A stretch of 64,000 nt of DNA from Amphiscolops sp. MND2022 (taxonomy: Eukaryota), in assembly GCA_964187785.1 (NCBI GenBank), contig OZ076409.1:85004001-85068000 (forward strand), read 5' to 3'. A program made the translations under genes and the position numbers. The notes below the pieces were generated by a model that was not told the DNA's origin, ran no database searches, and saw only the letters and a list, made by a program, of their open reading frames with translations. Below are positions 24,401-35,615 of this stretch, one piece after another. Numbering within the stretch: position 1 is the first letter of the stretch; every line of letters starts with the position of its first letter.

Positions 24401-26364
24401 CATTAGATTTCAAAGGCAATGCTTTCAAAACCACTGACACAAAAAATCTGAGGTCCAAAAGTTTAATCAATGATGTGGAGAGAATTTACAACGAGGAATT
24501 GTACGAGACGGAGCAGATTCCTAGTTGTATCACAATTGACCTCAAGAAAACAACAAACCAACAAAATGCAAGTGCTCCCCATCTAGTGGAACGATATAAT
24601 GACAAGATGACTATCAGTGATGCTGATAAACTCACTATTTACTATCTGAAGCGGAATTGTTCCAACAGAGATGAGAAGTGCAGAATTAAACGTCTGCTGA
24701 AACATCTGCTGAAGGATCTCCGGTATTGTCATCGAGAAGCGCTATCAGATGACGAACAGAGTGTGAATGAAGAGGCGAGTGAAGTTGAAGATACCAGGAG
24801 AGATAAAGACCTGGATTTAGATGACAAAGAGAAGTTTCTGGATAGATCTCATGACTTGCAGGAGATCCTAGTGCCTGGAAACACTGGCAGTGTAGAAAGT
24901 ACTACTGATAAGGACCAATGTTTTTTAGATCGCGAAGGAGGCCGCCGAGTTTTGAACCATAAAAGGACGTTCTTTTGCACTACTAATTGGTATTTGTACT
25001 TTCGCCTTCATCTCATTTTATGCAATAGATTAGCAGCCATTAAACAAACGTGCCTACACGTGGTAGAAAAATCTGTTGCAGTAACTCAGAGTTTCCCCAG
25101 TCACAAAAAGTCTTCCGACAAAAATACAACCAAAACTTCTGTGGCCGTACAGCTTGGTTTGAAAAAACCAAATCGAGTTTTCAACAGTGGTGAAGAGCTG
25201 TATGAGGAGTTCATAAACTCTGTTTGTGATCTTATGGACAACAAAATAGATCCTGAAATCTTTGAAGATTTTGTAAGACAACAACTCGGTTTAAATTCGT
25301 TCGAATGCTTCACAATAGACAGGTTGATCCATTTCATAGCCAGACAGTTACAAAATATTGTTTCAAATGACGATAATATTACATGTTTGAAGTTCTTGCT
25401 GGAATTCTATCAAGTGAAACCTGATCACAATTCCAATTCCCACAGCCTCATGCAGTACGAATACAAGTTCATGGAAAATGTGCAATCACCCACTAATGTT
25501 TTCCAAGTTTCGTTTGAAGATGGACAACCCGATGTTGTACGGGTTGGGTTTCGCATGAAATCTTCGGAAAGTGATCCTCAATTTGCGTACTTTGAGAACT
25601 TCAAAAATTGGACTGATTACATAACATCAAGCTTGCCCATGGAAACACAGCAAAGTTTCTTCAAACTTAGAAGTGATAGTGGTATAATGGGGAAAAACAC
25701 AACGCTACGGAAACCTGTGTTTCTGCCTCGAATGATGAGCAGAGGTCAGAATTGCGAGATGTTGCAACGGCGCCAAGACAATAACTTCTTGGTGTTTGAC
25801 AATAGCGATGATTTTCCAAGCATTGACTTCAAAGTTGCCGCGGATGGGAATCAATTAACTGGCCAGAATTTTGTCATTCGGAAGCCGTTTTCCGGATATA
25901 GAAGTAAAAACAAAGACCCCTTATTGATACAAACCCATCAGAAATGGAAGAAAATTAGATTCTACAATTTCACGAAGTGGCTGCGTACAAAATCACATCC
26001 CAAACCACAAAGCGATAGCCCTGGAGCTTTGTCTTGTCCAAGTGGAAACGATTTCAAGCATTCTAAATCCCTGAATGATGGGCCTGAAAAAATGGAAAAT
26101 GACAACGAACGCTCAGTCGATATGTCCCATGACAGTTTACCCAAGACGGATGTGAATGATGGATTCAAATTAGCTGCGTCGCCCAAAAAAGCTTCGAGTC
26201 CAACCTTCCAGCCTGTCATTGATGATTCTGTTCAAAATGGTAGAACATTATCCCATAAAAGTTACCCCTCAAGTGATCGTGATCGCTGCAATTCATCATC
26301 TATGGAGTTGAAAAAGAAAGAAGCAATCGAACAAGACTTCGAGAACAAAAGTCGCCAGAAGTAA
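21472..26364 (+). CDS. SIN3A: Paired amphipathic helix protein Sin3 (HDAC co-repressor scaffold), single coding exon, 1630 aa
   Basis: PAH1 LKVEDALTYLDQVKFQF...IDTPGVIQRVSDLFKGHPRLILGFNAFLPPGY; PAH2 EFGRAISYVNKIKHRF; PAH3 EFAMFDEIR; HID GTSYR...DERFEFDMLLETN...ALDFKG; C-terminal FFCTTNWYLYFRLHLILCNRL and FTIDRLI. Confidence 0.95.
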   Translation: MSSSGISPSAGLSNNTNHHVSPPYSNHPSSPIVFNPCVSSGSQQHATGSTGPSKITVTPNIGQSSFRSYNCVQMITASGVQTGVTTSPVKALSSAQRVGHSNAITSNVPAISVVQPSATRLPVNNISANSVYSVSPGTIIPVPYKVTTPVQVAPNTVANAAVAGNITAPSSNIPATSGLAPGMVFNQAPTVAVPPSVQSQPQQLSSPANQSASSLQKLKVEDALTYLDQVKFQFGATCVYNEFLEIMKQFKSHTIDTPGVIQRVSDLFKGHPRLILGFNAFLPPGYQIRCINNSVHVITPGDVMQPLNAGPSNVPSVTENISTVTPSMNNAKSPASNQPLYYNRANAPISSMVPSTTVIARSVPPLIANHPPSHTVAQVQNRNPTPNVTGGGNVELVSEKQSPEFGRAISYVNKIKHRFINDPQTYQEFLDILTNYQKTSDSHDPQKPSSRMWGDKEVYNRVSILFKKDQDLMEEFASFLPEMTGMLVPKKRTPPPLTMPSKVYPPKANFPGQQKQPNAAYQANLQAAAQQNPRRRTLSNGSVVNVKSVPTAVAACVSNPSKVNAGITHSNKSQNSTSPNVNSIEVVPSKRPRMANVSDVHLKSEGTLVNTRSEFAMFDEIRTILQSDARGNSSPHYNDFIKSLSLLNRKIVSREEFASMVKPLFLERKQRNSHCLVFKWLLEFLGLNSTLYCKNSDVNQDHRVGKSQRGFQVKEDFDSHDENLDCNGELNESDNSKGTEYCKPEVDNVEVVVDSHKKVSVDCESTESVCSNELSGKNTKEAIDELQFGTDLLYTYPQHGTSYRIVPPHLLADQTPPIGLSKSISDCLNSQYRVVSSISGEFSSSSYASRKSYSLEYMHRIDDERFEFDMLLETNQSAIASLDFLQKAIHRASEVELQNFDLKRLLSPVNHYNLKTSANRVYGEKSEEILDSIFAHPKTTIPLVRSRLFARQEDWLMKKKAFCKTWNATSSKHALRALDFKGNAFKTTDTKNLRSKSLINDVERIYNEELYETEQIPSCITIDLKKTTNQQNASAPHLVERYNDKMTISDADKLTIYYLKRNCSNRDEKCRIKRLLKHLLKDLRYCHREALSDDEQSVNEEASEVEDTRRDKDLDLDDKEKFLDRSHDLQEILVPGNTGSVESTTDKDQCFLDREGGRRVLNHKRTFFCTTNWYLYFRLHLILCNRLAAIKQTCLHVVEKSVAVTQSFPSHKKSSDKNTTKTSVAVQLGLKKPNRVFNSGEELYEEFINSVCDLMDNKIDPEIFEDFVRQQLGLNSFECFTIDRLIHFIARQLQNIVSNDDNITCLKFLLEFYQVKPDHNSNSHSLMQYEYKFMENVQSPTNVFQVSFEDGQPDVVRVGFRMKSSESDPQFAYFENFKNWTDYITSSLPMETQQSFFKLRSDSGIMGKNTTLRKPVFLPRMMSRGQNCEMLQRRQDNNFLVFDNSDDFPSIDFKVAADGNQLTGQNFVIRKPFSGYRSKNKDPLLIQTHQKWKKIRFYNFTKWLRTKSHPKPQSDSPGALSCPSGNDFKHSKSLNDGPEKMENDNERSVDMSHDSLPKTDVNDGFKLAASPKKASSPTFQPVIDDSVQNGRTLSHKSYPSSDRDRCNSSSMELKKKEAIEQDFENKSRQK

Positions 26365-27344
26365 CCCCATGTTTTGGATACTTTTATAATGAAAAGATTA
26401 GATTTTGCAATTACCAGTGTCGATGCCCTCGATTCCTGTGCCTCAAAATTTCCTCCACGCCTGCGATAAGCAGAGACAGATATTTGACAGAACTTAATTT
26501 TGTGAGTAGAAAAACTAACTGTTCTATTTTGAATATTTTGAATTTTCATTCCCTTTCTTAGATAGTTTAAGACTGTCTGAACAGTCGTGTAATATGAAAT
26601 GATTCGAGTGAATTGTTCCGAAACTAGTGACAATGATACATAAAAATTTGCGAAATTCGTGAGTGCTGTAATTTGATCTACCTATTAGTGTTTGTCGTAG
26701 TCTTTACTGACGCAAAAGAGATACTTGACTGTGTTCCAACTCCCTCCACGCCACTGCATTTTTTGCTCTTGCTATATCAAGTATCGGTTGAGACCTTGCT
26801 TAAGGTTTAATTTTTAATTTACTTTATTTTTTTGTATTTTCGAGCCAACAATAGAATCCTCAATTTGACCTTTTTTACACAAGAGTTGTTCTGAGGTATG
26901 TGCTACAGCTTGAGAGGGTTGAAGTGTTTTGAGGTGTAGTTTATTTCATTTTTGGCAGATACGCCATGATACCTAAAAGCCATAGACAGTTAATGGCACA
27001 GGCGGAAACTGAAAGCAGTTTGAAAGACTGATTCAGATTTTGATCCGAATTACAAGAGTTTTGAAATCGAATGAAAATTACAAAGGAATTCCCCATTGAA
27101 TTTTGGGATTTTTTGAATTTTTCGAATTCTAATACGCAATATCTTGAAATCGGAAGGAGGAAACAATTTTGTGGCCTTGGGACTGTTCTTTAACTTTTAT
27201 TTGGAATACTTATTATTTCTGCGAAAGCAGGAATAATATAGAAACCGGCATGTTAAAAAATGTTACAGGTTGTGATATTTTTCGAGCCTTTCTGTAACGG
27301 AACATAGTTTAGGGCGTCTTCAGTGTCATCTGTTTATTTTTAAA

Positions 27345-27800
27345 ATTGTTTCTGTGATAGCAGGAATAATATAGAAATCCGGAGGCATTTTTCAGCCGAG
27401 TGTGCCCGTGATGCGAGTACCTAATGAAAAGGATTAAGATATTTTGTTCGGCAGTGAGTATAAGCGTCAGATTTAATTTTCTCAAGCTGCCGATGGCAAT
27501 TCAATTCTCGTGCGGCGAAGAGAGCGAGTGTTGGTTATGCATTTGTACACCGAATTCATTCAGATGAAGCGAATGAGTGTTAATTCTTCACTCGCTGAGA
27601 GCTTCGCCTGCATTCAAATGCTAATGCGAAATTCGTATTCGCTCAGTAGTTATATTTTCTTCAGTTCGAAAAGAATTCAAGACGGTGTAAACTGGTACAG
27701 TGATTAATTGTGCGCTATATAATGATTGAACCAGAGTGTATTGTTACTCCAGATATGCTCCTATTATTGGACATGTAAGCCGGAGGCAGAAATGATACTG
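27345..27800 (+). repeat. Unclassified dispersed repeat (further copies ~28110-28500 and ~30715-30990)
   Basis: Shared blocks cgagtacct..tgaaaa, ttcggcagtgagtat, tctcgtgcgatgaa and gagagcttcgcctgcattcaaatgctaat. Confidence 0.75.
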
Positions 27801-28284
27801 TGCCCCACAGGTGCCTATTTTTGATTTTTTTTTCGGCTGTGTCTTTTCTCCGAAACTTTAATTTCGACAAGGGGTACCATCCTCGCTTTCATAGCTGATT
27901 TCGGCTTAAGGAAAAATACTTTTGCGAGCTGAGAGACTTTTCCGAATGAATTTTTGAAAAATGGATTTTTTTGCATATTAGAGAAACTTGAGCAGGGCGC
28001 CGAATTGGTTAAAGATTACTACACATATTCAAATCTTTTGCGCAAATTTTGAACCCCTTTCAATTTTGCGGTAAAATTGAAAGTTTTTTCCAGCCCAGTT
28101 TTTTTGTTAACCGAGTACATACTGAAAACGATTCAAGTATTTTGTTCGGTAGTGAGTATAAGCGTGAAGTAAAAATTTTTCGAGCTGACCCGGCGACAGT
28201 TAGTGTATTCAATTCTCGTGCGATGAAACGAGCGAATGTAAATTCGTACTGGTATTAATTGTGCGCTATATAGTTATTCCAAAT

Positions 28285-28432
28285 AGTTACATGACATTTC
28301 GTCCTATACACTTTCAACCTATGCGGATCCAAAAGCGAAAATTAGTTTGGGTCGAAATTGCGGACGGTTGAAAATGCAATAGGTTGGAATTGTGAGCGGT
28401 TGAAATTGCATAGGATGAAATGTCCTGACACC
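28285..28432. mobile_element. Mutator-type MITE (same family as 62355-62790)
   Basis: TIRs gttacatgacatttcgtcctata / cataggatgaaatgtcctgacacc; 9-bp TSD attccaaat / attccagat. Confidence 0.75.
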
Positions 28433-29510
28433 ATTCCAGATATGCCTCTATTATTGAATATAAAAGCTTAAAGCAGAAATAATAGCGTGCCCCGCAGTTC
28501 AATGCAAAATATATCCCGTTGCTCAATAAGCGTCTTGATGAGTTGATGGAATGCAATTAACTTTTGCCTCAATGCTGGTGTCAAAGTGAAGCTTGTTCTC
28601 AAGATCTCATCTAAACGAATAAATGTTGGAGTAAGTAAATAGGTATCTTTTTGTGAACGCTGTTAATTTTAATCAATGCGACGAAATTTTCAACGAAGTT
28701 TCCGCTTCCCACGAAATTTGATTTTTCTGTTAATTGAACTCGTAAAGTTTTATTGCTTGGAGATTTTTGGCTGGGAAACAGATTTTCGGCTTTTTGGTAC
28801 CCTAGTCATGTGTCAATGAAATATGCACACTAAACGATATATAATAATTTATCCAGAATTTAGGAACGATTACATGAAATTGATTTACTCGATTATGTTC
28901 ACGAAAACTCGAATAAAATTCATACTAAGCCCCAGGTGTCGCAGCCGATGAGGCTCCAGAAATCTAGCTTTTTAGTCGGCGCATTTTATCAAAATAGACC
29001 GACTATTACAGTGGCAAAGGGTCCCCCTTCAAGTTTTTTGATATTTTGCAGCAAACTGAAGTTTCAAAAAGTGGGTGTTTGGCAGTGTAATTTTTCCAAA
29101 GTAAAATATTTTTAAAATAGGGGTTTTGATGTTTTTAGTCAAGGGAAAGTGTTTTTGGAGCTTTTGACTATTCTTTGACACAAATTTACGAGGTTTTCCT
29201 GAATAGTTGTACCTGAGCTCATTCCAAGGACGGCATGCCACTTAGGCCGTTTCCGAATGTTTACTCATAAATTGCCGCTAAATAACTGAACGTTATGATA
29301 ATCAAAATATGCTTTGTGATTTTGTTCTGAAAAACACTTTTTAGAAACAAACTGATGTAAAAAAAATCAAAGATCTTTCAGAAAGTTTTAGCTGGTCAAA
29401 TGACCGTATGTCCTATCATACTCCGCAAATGACGCCTTCAAGTTGGCATTATATGAAATATATACCGACTGTTATACAGTGGATCCTGGATATAAGACAC
29501 CGTTTGTAAG

Positions 29511-30020
29511 AACAAGCCGGGAACGGCCCAAGTCAGCACCATATCTAAGGCTCAAAAATAGCAAAAGGACTTCAAAGTGTCAAGTATTCTCTTCTACAGT
29601 ACCCGCGTGAGAAAAAAAATCGAAAGAAAATTCCCGAATTTTTTTCTCGATTTTTTTTGGTCTCCGGTAAGTCGCATAGTGCCGAAAAATGTAAAAGGGG
29701 GCATTTGGGAGTTTTTGAACATCCATTCTTTTGCAAAATAGAAAAAAATTGAAGGCATTAAAAATTTTTGCGAAAAAAAGTCTCACAATGCTGAAAAAAA
29801 CCTGCACTAAAAATTTTTGGTCATGGGCGGGATTCGAACCCACGTCTTTCTACTTGGCAGACCTCAAAAAAGCCTAATTAAACTCTATGCCAAGTGCCAG
29901 TAGTTTCTATGCAGTTAGTGGAAGTCAGCTTATAAAGCTTATAAAATCTGTCACTTCGTTGGTCTTGAAAAAAGTTACTACTATAGTCTGCGTTTTTCTA
30001 CGAAAAGCGCCGACTAAAAA
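29511..30020 (+). mobile_element. DINE-1/Helentron-like non-autonomous element (a degenerate opposite-strand copy lies at ~28970-29262)
   Basis: Begins AACAAGCCGGGAACGG..AGTC.GC.CCATATCTAAGGCTC and ends in the stem-loop tagtctgcgtttttc-tac-gaaaagcgccgactaaaa. No TSD; A/T-run junctions. Contains a tRNA 3'-half-like segment at ~29818-29865 (-). Confidence 0.6.
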
Positions 30021-30203
30021 CGTAGTCAATGCGTACCTCAATCCCGATTGTCAATAATGTAGATTTTCTCGCCTATAGTAGATGCAGTACCGGATGTTGT
30101 CAATGGAAGACTTCCACGAAGATGGAGTTGAAAGGTACATACTGCCAGGTGAGAACGTGGCAGCCATCTACTGTCAGAAACAAACTTCGGAAGTTGTTAC
30201 CAA

Positions 30204-30618
30204 CAGGGTTGGCTGATTTTGATCAAACTATTTTAATCATTGATTATAATCAACCTGGTTAAGACTATTTGGTTAAGTATTGGTTAAGACTATTTTAATC
30301 ATGATTTAGTAAAATCAGCCAAAACACCACTTTTTTGACGTTGATGAGTTTCTTTGTACGAAACAACAGTTTCTGACTACCGTTCCGAGCACTGCACTAT
30401 CGGAATACGTTCCGTAACTTTAGGCTTGCTTCATCCGAAGTCAACCCTAATTCAAGATTTAAAAAAAAGCAAACTTGTTTTCTGATACAGCTTTTGAATT
30501 TATTTTTGAGAATGTTGTTTCTGCATTCTGATTTTTAATGAAATTAATATTGATTGAAATTTTTGTGATCGGAATAAAATGATTCAAAATATTTTAATCC
30601 GATTAAAAACCAACACTG
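30204..30618. mobile_element. hAT-type MITE
   Basis: Termini CAGGGTTGG / CCAACACTG; 8-bp TSD gttaccaa / gttacaaa. Confidence 0.65.
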
Positions 30619-31110
30619 GTTACAAATCGTTAAGACGAACTCAGTAACAAACATCAGTAACCTATTTATTAAATCGAAGTTGATCCATGTTTCATTGATA
30701 CCAAAAGTATTTTATTATTTCTGCGATAGCAAGAATATTATTGGAATCTAAGCTTTGCAACTTTTCTTCAGTCAACTTTTCGTACGCGATTCGAGTACCT
30801 ACTGAAAAAGTCAGTTTCGGCAGTGAGTATTTAAATTTCTCAAGCTGCCGACTACAATTCGTTTCTCGTGCGATGAACGAGCGAGTGGTAATTATGCTTT
30901 CGTACGCCGAGTTATTGAAATGAAGCGAACGAGTTTCAATTATTCGTTCGCCGAGAGCTTCGCCTGCATTCAAATGCTAATTCGAAACTACCTTACGAGA
31001 ACTCACCTAACTTGTGTATCACAGCCATGCACTCATCCACTGGGTCAAGTGGCATTAAAAGGTGAAGCTATAGATGTATTAATAAGTGTCAGTCAGTTCG
31101 TTGGTCTTGA

Positions 31111-32527
31111 AAAAGAAGAAGAAGAAATTTAATTATTAATTTGTTGCCCAAAGGGCGTATAAATTACAAGACAGGTTGATTAGCTGGTACCAGACGTTCC
31201 AGCATTACATATAGCACCGCACAGAACAGAAAGATTTTCAAGAAGTTCAATGTTCATGGAATTCATCAGCTGGTCAAATTTCGTTATATTTGGAAACGAT
31301 TGAAAAAATTTCGGGATAAGTTCTTCCCTAATGTCTCTAAAGTTCTCGCAGACCATAACCCAGTGATATTCATCTGCTTTGCATTCTTTATGGCAGAACG
31401 AACAATGTTGACTGTGGTTGCCCGTTATTCTCCCTTTTACTCCTGATGATGTGTATGGAGCGCAGCGGAATCGACTAAGTTGTATCCTATACTTTGCCTT
31501 CAGTTTGCGTAAATAAGGCTCCTGAAAGAGTCCATGTTTAAATTCCCTATAGCAATCACATAGTAATCTTCACACTTCCGCTTAATATATTTCTTGAACT
31601 CGAAGTCACTGACAAAATTAATGTAAGTATTTACCATAGGTATTCCACAATTCACTATAATATTTTTAACACCCAACATCCATTTATGTTCATGATCGTT
31701 AATATTTATCATCTGATATATCAAACCGGCGAGGCTGTTTCCTTCGTTGGTAAGTTTTTTCCAGAAAGATGCCATTCATTTCCAAACTGTATATTTCAAT
31801 TCTTTTTTCCTCAACTCCCCATATACCATAGCTTTCGGAGCATTTTTTCGTACTCGAAGCAGGCGTCTCAGAAAATAGCGATGAAAAATTTTCAATCTGT
31901 TCCATACTCTCATAACCCCATACTTCACAACCATAAAGTAAGATAGGCTTTATCACCGCATCAAAGAGATGTAACTTAGTGTCAATTCCAAAATCGATTT
32001 TACTAAAGAGCACTTCTAATTTTAAAAGAGCTTTTTTAGCTTTGTCAACGTTGTTTTTGATTGCAGCTTGAACACAACTCCTAGGTAGCAAAATGTATCG
32101 ACACGTTCTATTGCAGTGTTATTCACAAAAAGATTAATTTTTTTCCTAATTTTTCCCCGTGAGCATACCATATACTTTGTTTTAGACGCATTTATTGTCA
32201 TTTTGTTCTCATTGCAGTATTTTGTGGTTGCATCAAGAGCTCGTTGCATGTCTTCTTCCGTTTGACTTAGCAGTATCGTATCATCTGCATATAAAAGAGA
32301 GTACAACTTCAGAAGGGTTCTCAAGTTACTATTTTGGTCCGGTGTCAGGCGTATACCCTCGAACCCGCTCTGCATGAAAGTGTTGAAGTCGTTCAAAAAG
32401 ATTATGAATAGAAGCGGAGATAAGTTGTCCCCTTGACGGACCCCTATATTACAATCGCATATATCAGAAAGTTCACCATTTACACTAACACACGCTTTAG
32501 TTTTCTGATAAAGATTTTGGATGATTC
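31111..32527 (-). mobile_element. 5'-truncated LINE, RTE-X-like, frameshifted
   Basis: GVRQGDNLSPLLFIIFLND, LLYADDTILL, YLGVVF, KPILLYGCEVWG, C-terminal CSFCHKECKADEYHWVMVC. 3' stem-loop gccc-ttt-gggc and (TTC)n tail. Apparent TSD aaaagaa (31111-31117 and 32528-32534) inside a DINE-like repeat. Clade assignment is from motif recall only. Confidence 0.8.
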
Positions 32528-33369
32528 AAAAGAAAAGCCACTACTGTGGTCAGCGTTTTGCATCGACCTAAAGGGGTCCAAAAAACTTCGAAGGGCTCTA
32601 ATCAATTTTTTCCAAGAAATTTTTCGTCTCACAAAAGTCTTCCTATTTTGTTTTTTTTTTCAGATTAGGCAAATTCAAGCCCAAAACGCCCTCCCTCGAA
32701 TTTTTTCATTACTATTTCTTTCCACAATGGCCCATACTCTGTTTTGAGTACCTATAGTGTCAGACTCGAGCTCCGAGCTTTTTCTATTTTACAATTAGTT
32801 CGAAGTGACCATAAAACTTTTAACCCAAAATCTAAAAGGAGAAAATGATGAGTGTTCTCCCTTTGGTCCGAAAAGTTGCTGAAGACGGGATTTCGGCACT
32901 GCTATTTTTAAAGACTTTTTCAATGTTCCGAAAGGAACTGCACCGATGACACTTTCTGATAAGAACGTTAAATAAATCGTATAGATCTTTAGTAAGAGGG
33001 ATATAGCTCATTTTAAATTGTAATTACACGACTTGCAAAGGAGAAAGTGGAAGTTCGAATCGAAATATAAAAATATCATGTGCCCGACTTTTAAAGAGGG
33101 CAAGTTTTTTATAAGATGAAAATTGCCACTCTGAACCCGGCTTGTTCGAATGTGGTCAACTAGAATTTGACTTCAAGCTCTCCTTCACAAACATTTTAAT
33201 CTCATCCTGTGTTTAGCAATTTCAGAGCAACACAATAGAAATGGTCACAATTGGATGTTATCCTCTGATCAACGTCTGAGCGCAAATAGGTGAACTGACT
33301 TTTCGCAGGTACTTTTACTTTATTACGATCTTCTAGACTTCTAACGGGAGATATGGTCCTCAGATGTCA

Positions 33370-35615
33370 TTTTAGTCGGCATTTCTCGAAGAAAAGACCC
33401 GATTATAGCAGTTTCTTTTTATAAGACCAGCGAGCTGACAGATTTCTAGAAGCACCAGCTTATAATAGTAACTTTGATCCCATTATAACTTCTAACTGCC
33501 ACTTGGTCAAGATGTTAACTAGAATTTCTGAGGAGAGACAACTCAGTTTTTAAGCCTTGAGCCGTTCCTGGCTTGCTAGTCGGCGCAATTTTCCTTAACG
33601 AAAAAGCCCGATTACTACAGTGATTAGTGTTTTCGTCAGATAATGTATGCGTAGTGAACACTTTACAGAAACTACTAAAACTAGTAATATGTACCGTCCA
33701 TGTCCGGCCATTGAAAACATAAAATAGTGCAAAGGGTCCCCAGTCTCATTTATTCCATTTTTAACGTAACACAAAACCGGACGAGAGCAAAGGGCCACCT
33801 TTCGATTTTTTTGTTCAGCTTTGCGACATTTTTCGAAAATTTTCAATGTCTCCATAGGGTCCCCCTTAAATTTTTTTAAAATTGCAACAGAATGAAATTA
33901 AAAAATCCCAAAGGGTCCCCCTTTTAGATTTTTCGCCACTATGAGACTTCAAATTTCTCGTTTTTCGTCTGCTATTAGGTTTTCCCAATATATATCCACC
34001 AATAATTTTTTTATTACACTTGCGATAAGCAAATGTTATGGGAAAGTTCGGGCGCTTTTTGTCCGGGCGACAACTCTCTCGTTTCACGCGGCAAGTTGCA
34101 CAGTTCACGCGTTCGTGGTCTAGTGGTAAGATGTTTGCTTTTCAACCCAGAGGTTTCGTGTTCGAAACCATGCGTGTGCGCTAATTTTTTACAAGTATTC
34201 CGAAGCAGAAGGTTTTAACTTTTTTCGGCAATATGAGACTCTCCCTTTTTTGGCTTTGAGACCTTTTTTGAATTTTTTTATGTCCCCAAAGTGTCCTCCC
34301 TTCAATTTGTTTGATATTTTGCAACAGAACGAAAGTTAGAAAATCCCAAAGGGTCTCTTTTTCCAGATTTTTCGGCACTATGAGACTGTTAAAATTTCTC
34401 ATTTTTTGTTTTTTCTTCGAAGATATTTCGAAAGACTCCAAACGGTCTCCCTTCAGTTTTTTGAAATTTTGCAACACGATGGATGATAAGGGGTTTTCGG
34501 CATTGTGAGAGTTTTCAAGAGGAATAATTTTTGTTTTAAACTTAGGTTTTCTCAGGCCCAGCACGCTATATCCGATTTTCGTTTTTTTAAAGACCGGTGT
34601 TTTTCTATGCGACTTTTTAAAAATTCGTTTTCATCGAAGCCCCCCTCAATTTTTACAAGAAACGAAATGTTTTGCGAGCGTAAATGACTCGTCAACGTTT
34701 TCGGCACTATGCGACTTACCAGAGACATTTATCAAAAAAAATTTCGGAAAATTTCGAAAATATTTTTTCCTCAATTTTCTGTTTTTTAAAAGGTTTTCCG
34801 TTGCGAAAGATGGGTTTTTTGCTGTTTCCAGTTGGGAAAGAATGGTTTTCGAGACTTAGGTGTATCCCTTCGAGTTTTTTTGGGGCTGTAAAATTGATGA
34901 AATTCTAACATTTTTGTCCTGCTACACTTGGTTGTCCGCATGATACTGCTTATTTGGTTTTTTTTTCGAAAAGTTCACAACTTTCTTCGCAAGTATCCGA
35001 ACTACAGTGCATTTTACTATAGAGGAGGTGGAGGTTCGAATACAAGCGCTTTCATTTGTCCCAGCACGCTATATCCGAACTTTTGCCGTTATATGCGAAG
35101 TAATTTGCATTTTACTGAGGAAGAGGTGGAGAATAGAAAAAAGCGCTCGTATTTGTCTCAACATGTCATATCTGAGCTTCTAAAGCGTTTGCACCCTCCT
35201 AGTGTTTCGAAACTGTTTTCTGAGTTTTGCATGAAAACGTCCTGCATATTTCATAAACTTGGCGCTTTTTGAGTCTTAGGTATAGAGCCGACTTTAGACG
35301 TTCCCGTTTTATTTTTATCTTACATCACCTGAAACAAAAAAAAGGTCTTTAATTTTTTCGGAATTGTGCGGTTTTCATTTGAAAAATCAATTCCACCAAA
35401 GATTCTTTTTTTGTTAAAGGTAATAAAAAGCTCTTTGAAAATGTCACTTCAGGTTTTCCCTTGTTTGTTTTCAAAAATTAGTCGGGGAAAAGCTCTTTTG
35501 AATCCAATGGTGTTTCTCGTCGCTTTGAGTTTCTTGAGTTCTGCTTCGCACCGACTTTATCCTTCGATCTTTTTATCATTCAGTTGTGCGCCGACTTGAG
35601 ATGTTCTCGTCTTGT
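33370..35615 (-). mobile_element. Cluster of nested DINE-1/Helentron-like elements
   Basis: Stem-loop ends ttagtcggc...cccgatta at 33372 and 33577; opposite ends gccgactt..gacgttc.cgt at ~35290 and ~35600; internal gggtcccc / ttttgcaacag / ttttcggcact modules. Confidence 0.65.
34109..34181 (+). pseudogene. tRNA-derived module (Gly/Glu-like) embedded in the DINE-like family; also at 38128-38200, 39483-39555 and 40842-40914
   Basis: A box TGGTCTAGTGG and B box-like TGTTCGAA(A/C)CC at tRNA spacing. The D stem pairs but the anticodon and acceptor stems do not, so it is not a functional tRNA. Confidence 0.7.

Noticed and set aside
21324..26633. Short minus-strand ORFs overlapping Sin3 (and similar ones within PPP6R)
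   Set aside because: Antisense shadows of long coding exons.
34109..34181. Functional tRNA genes here and at 38128, 39483 and 40842
   Set aside because: Anticodon and acceptor stems do not pair, and all copies lie inside a repeat family.
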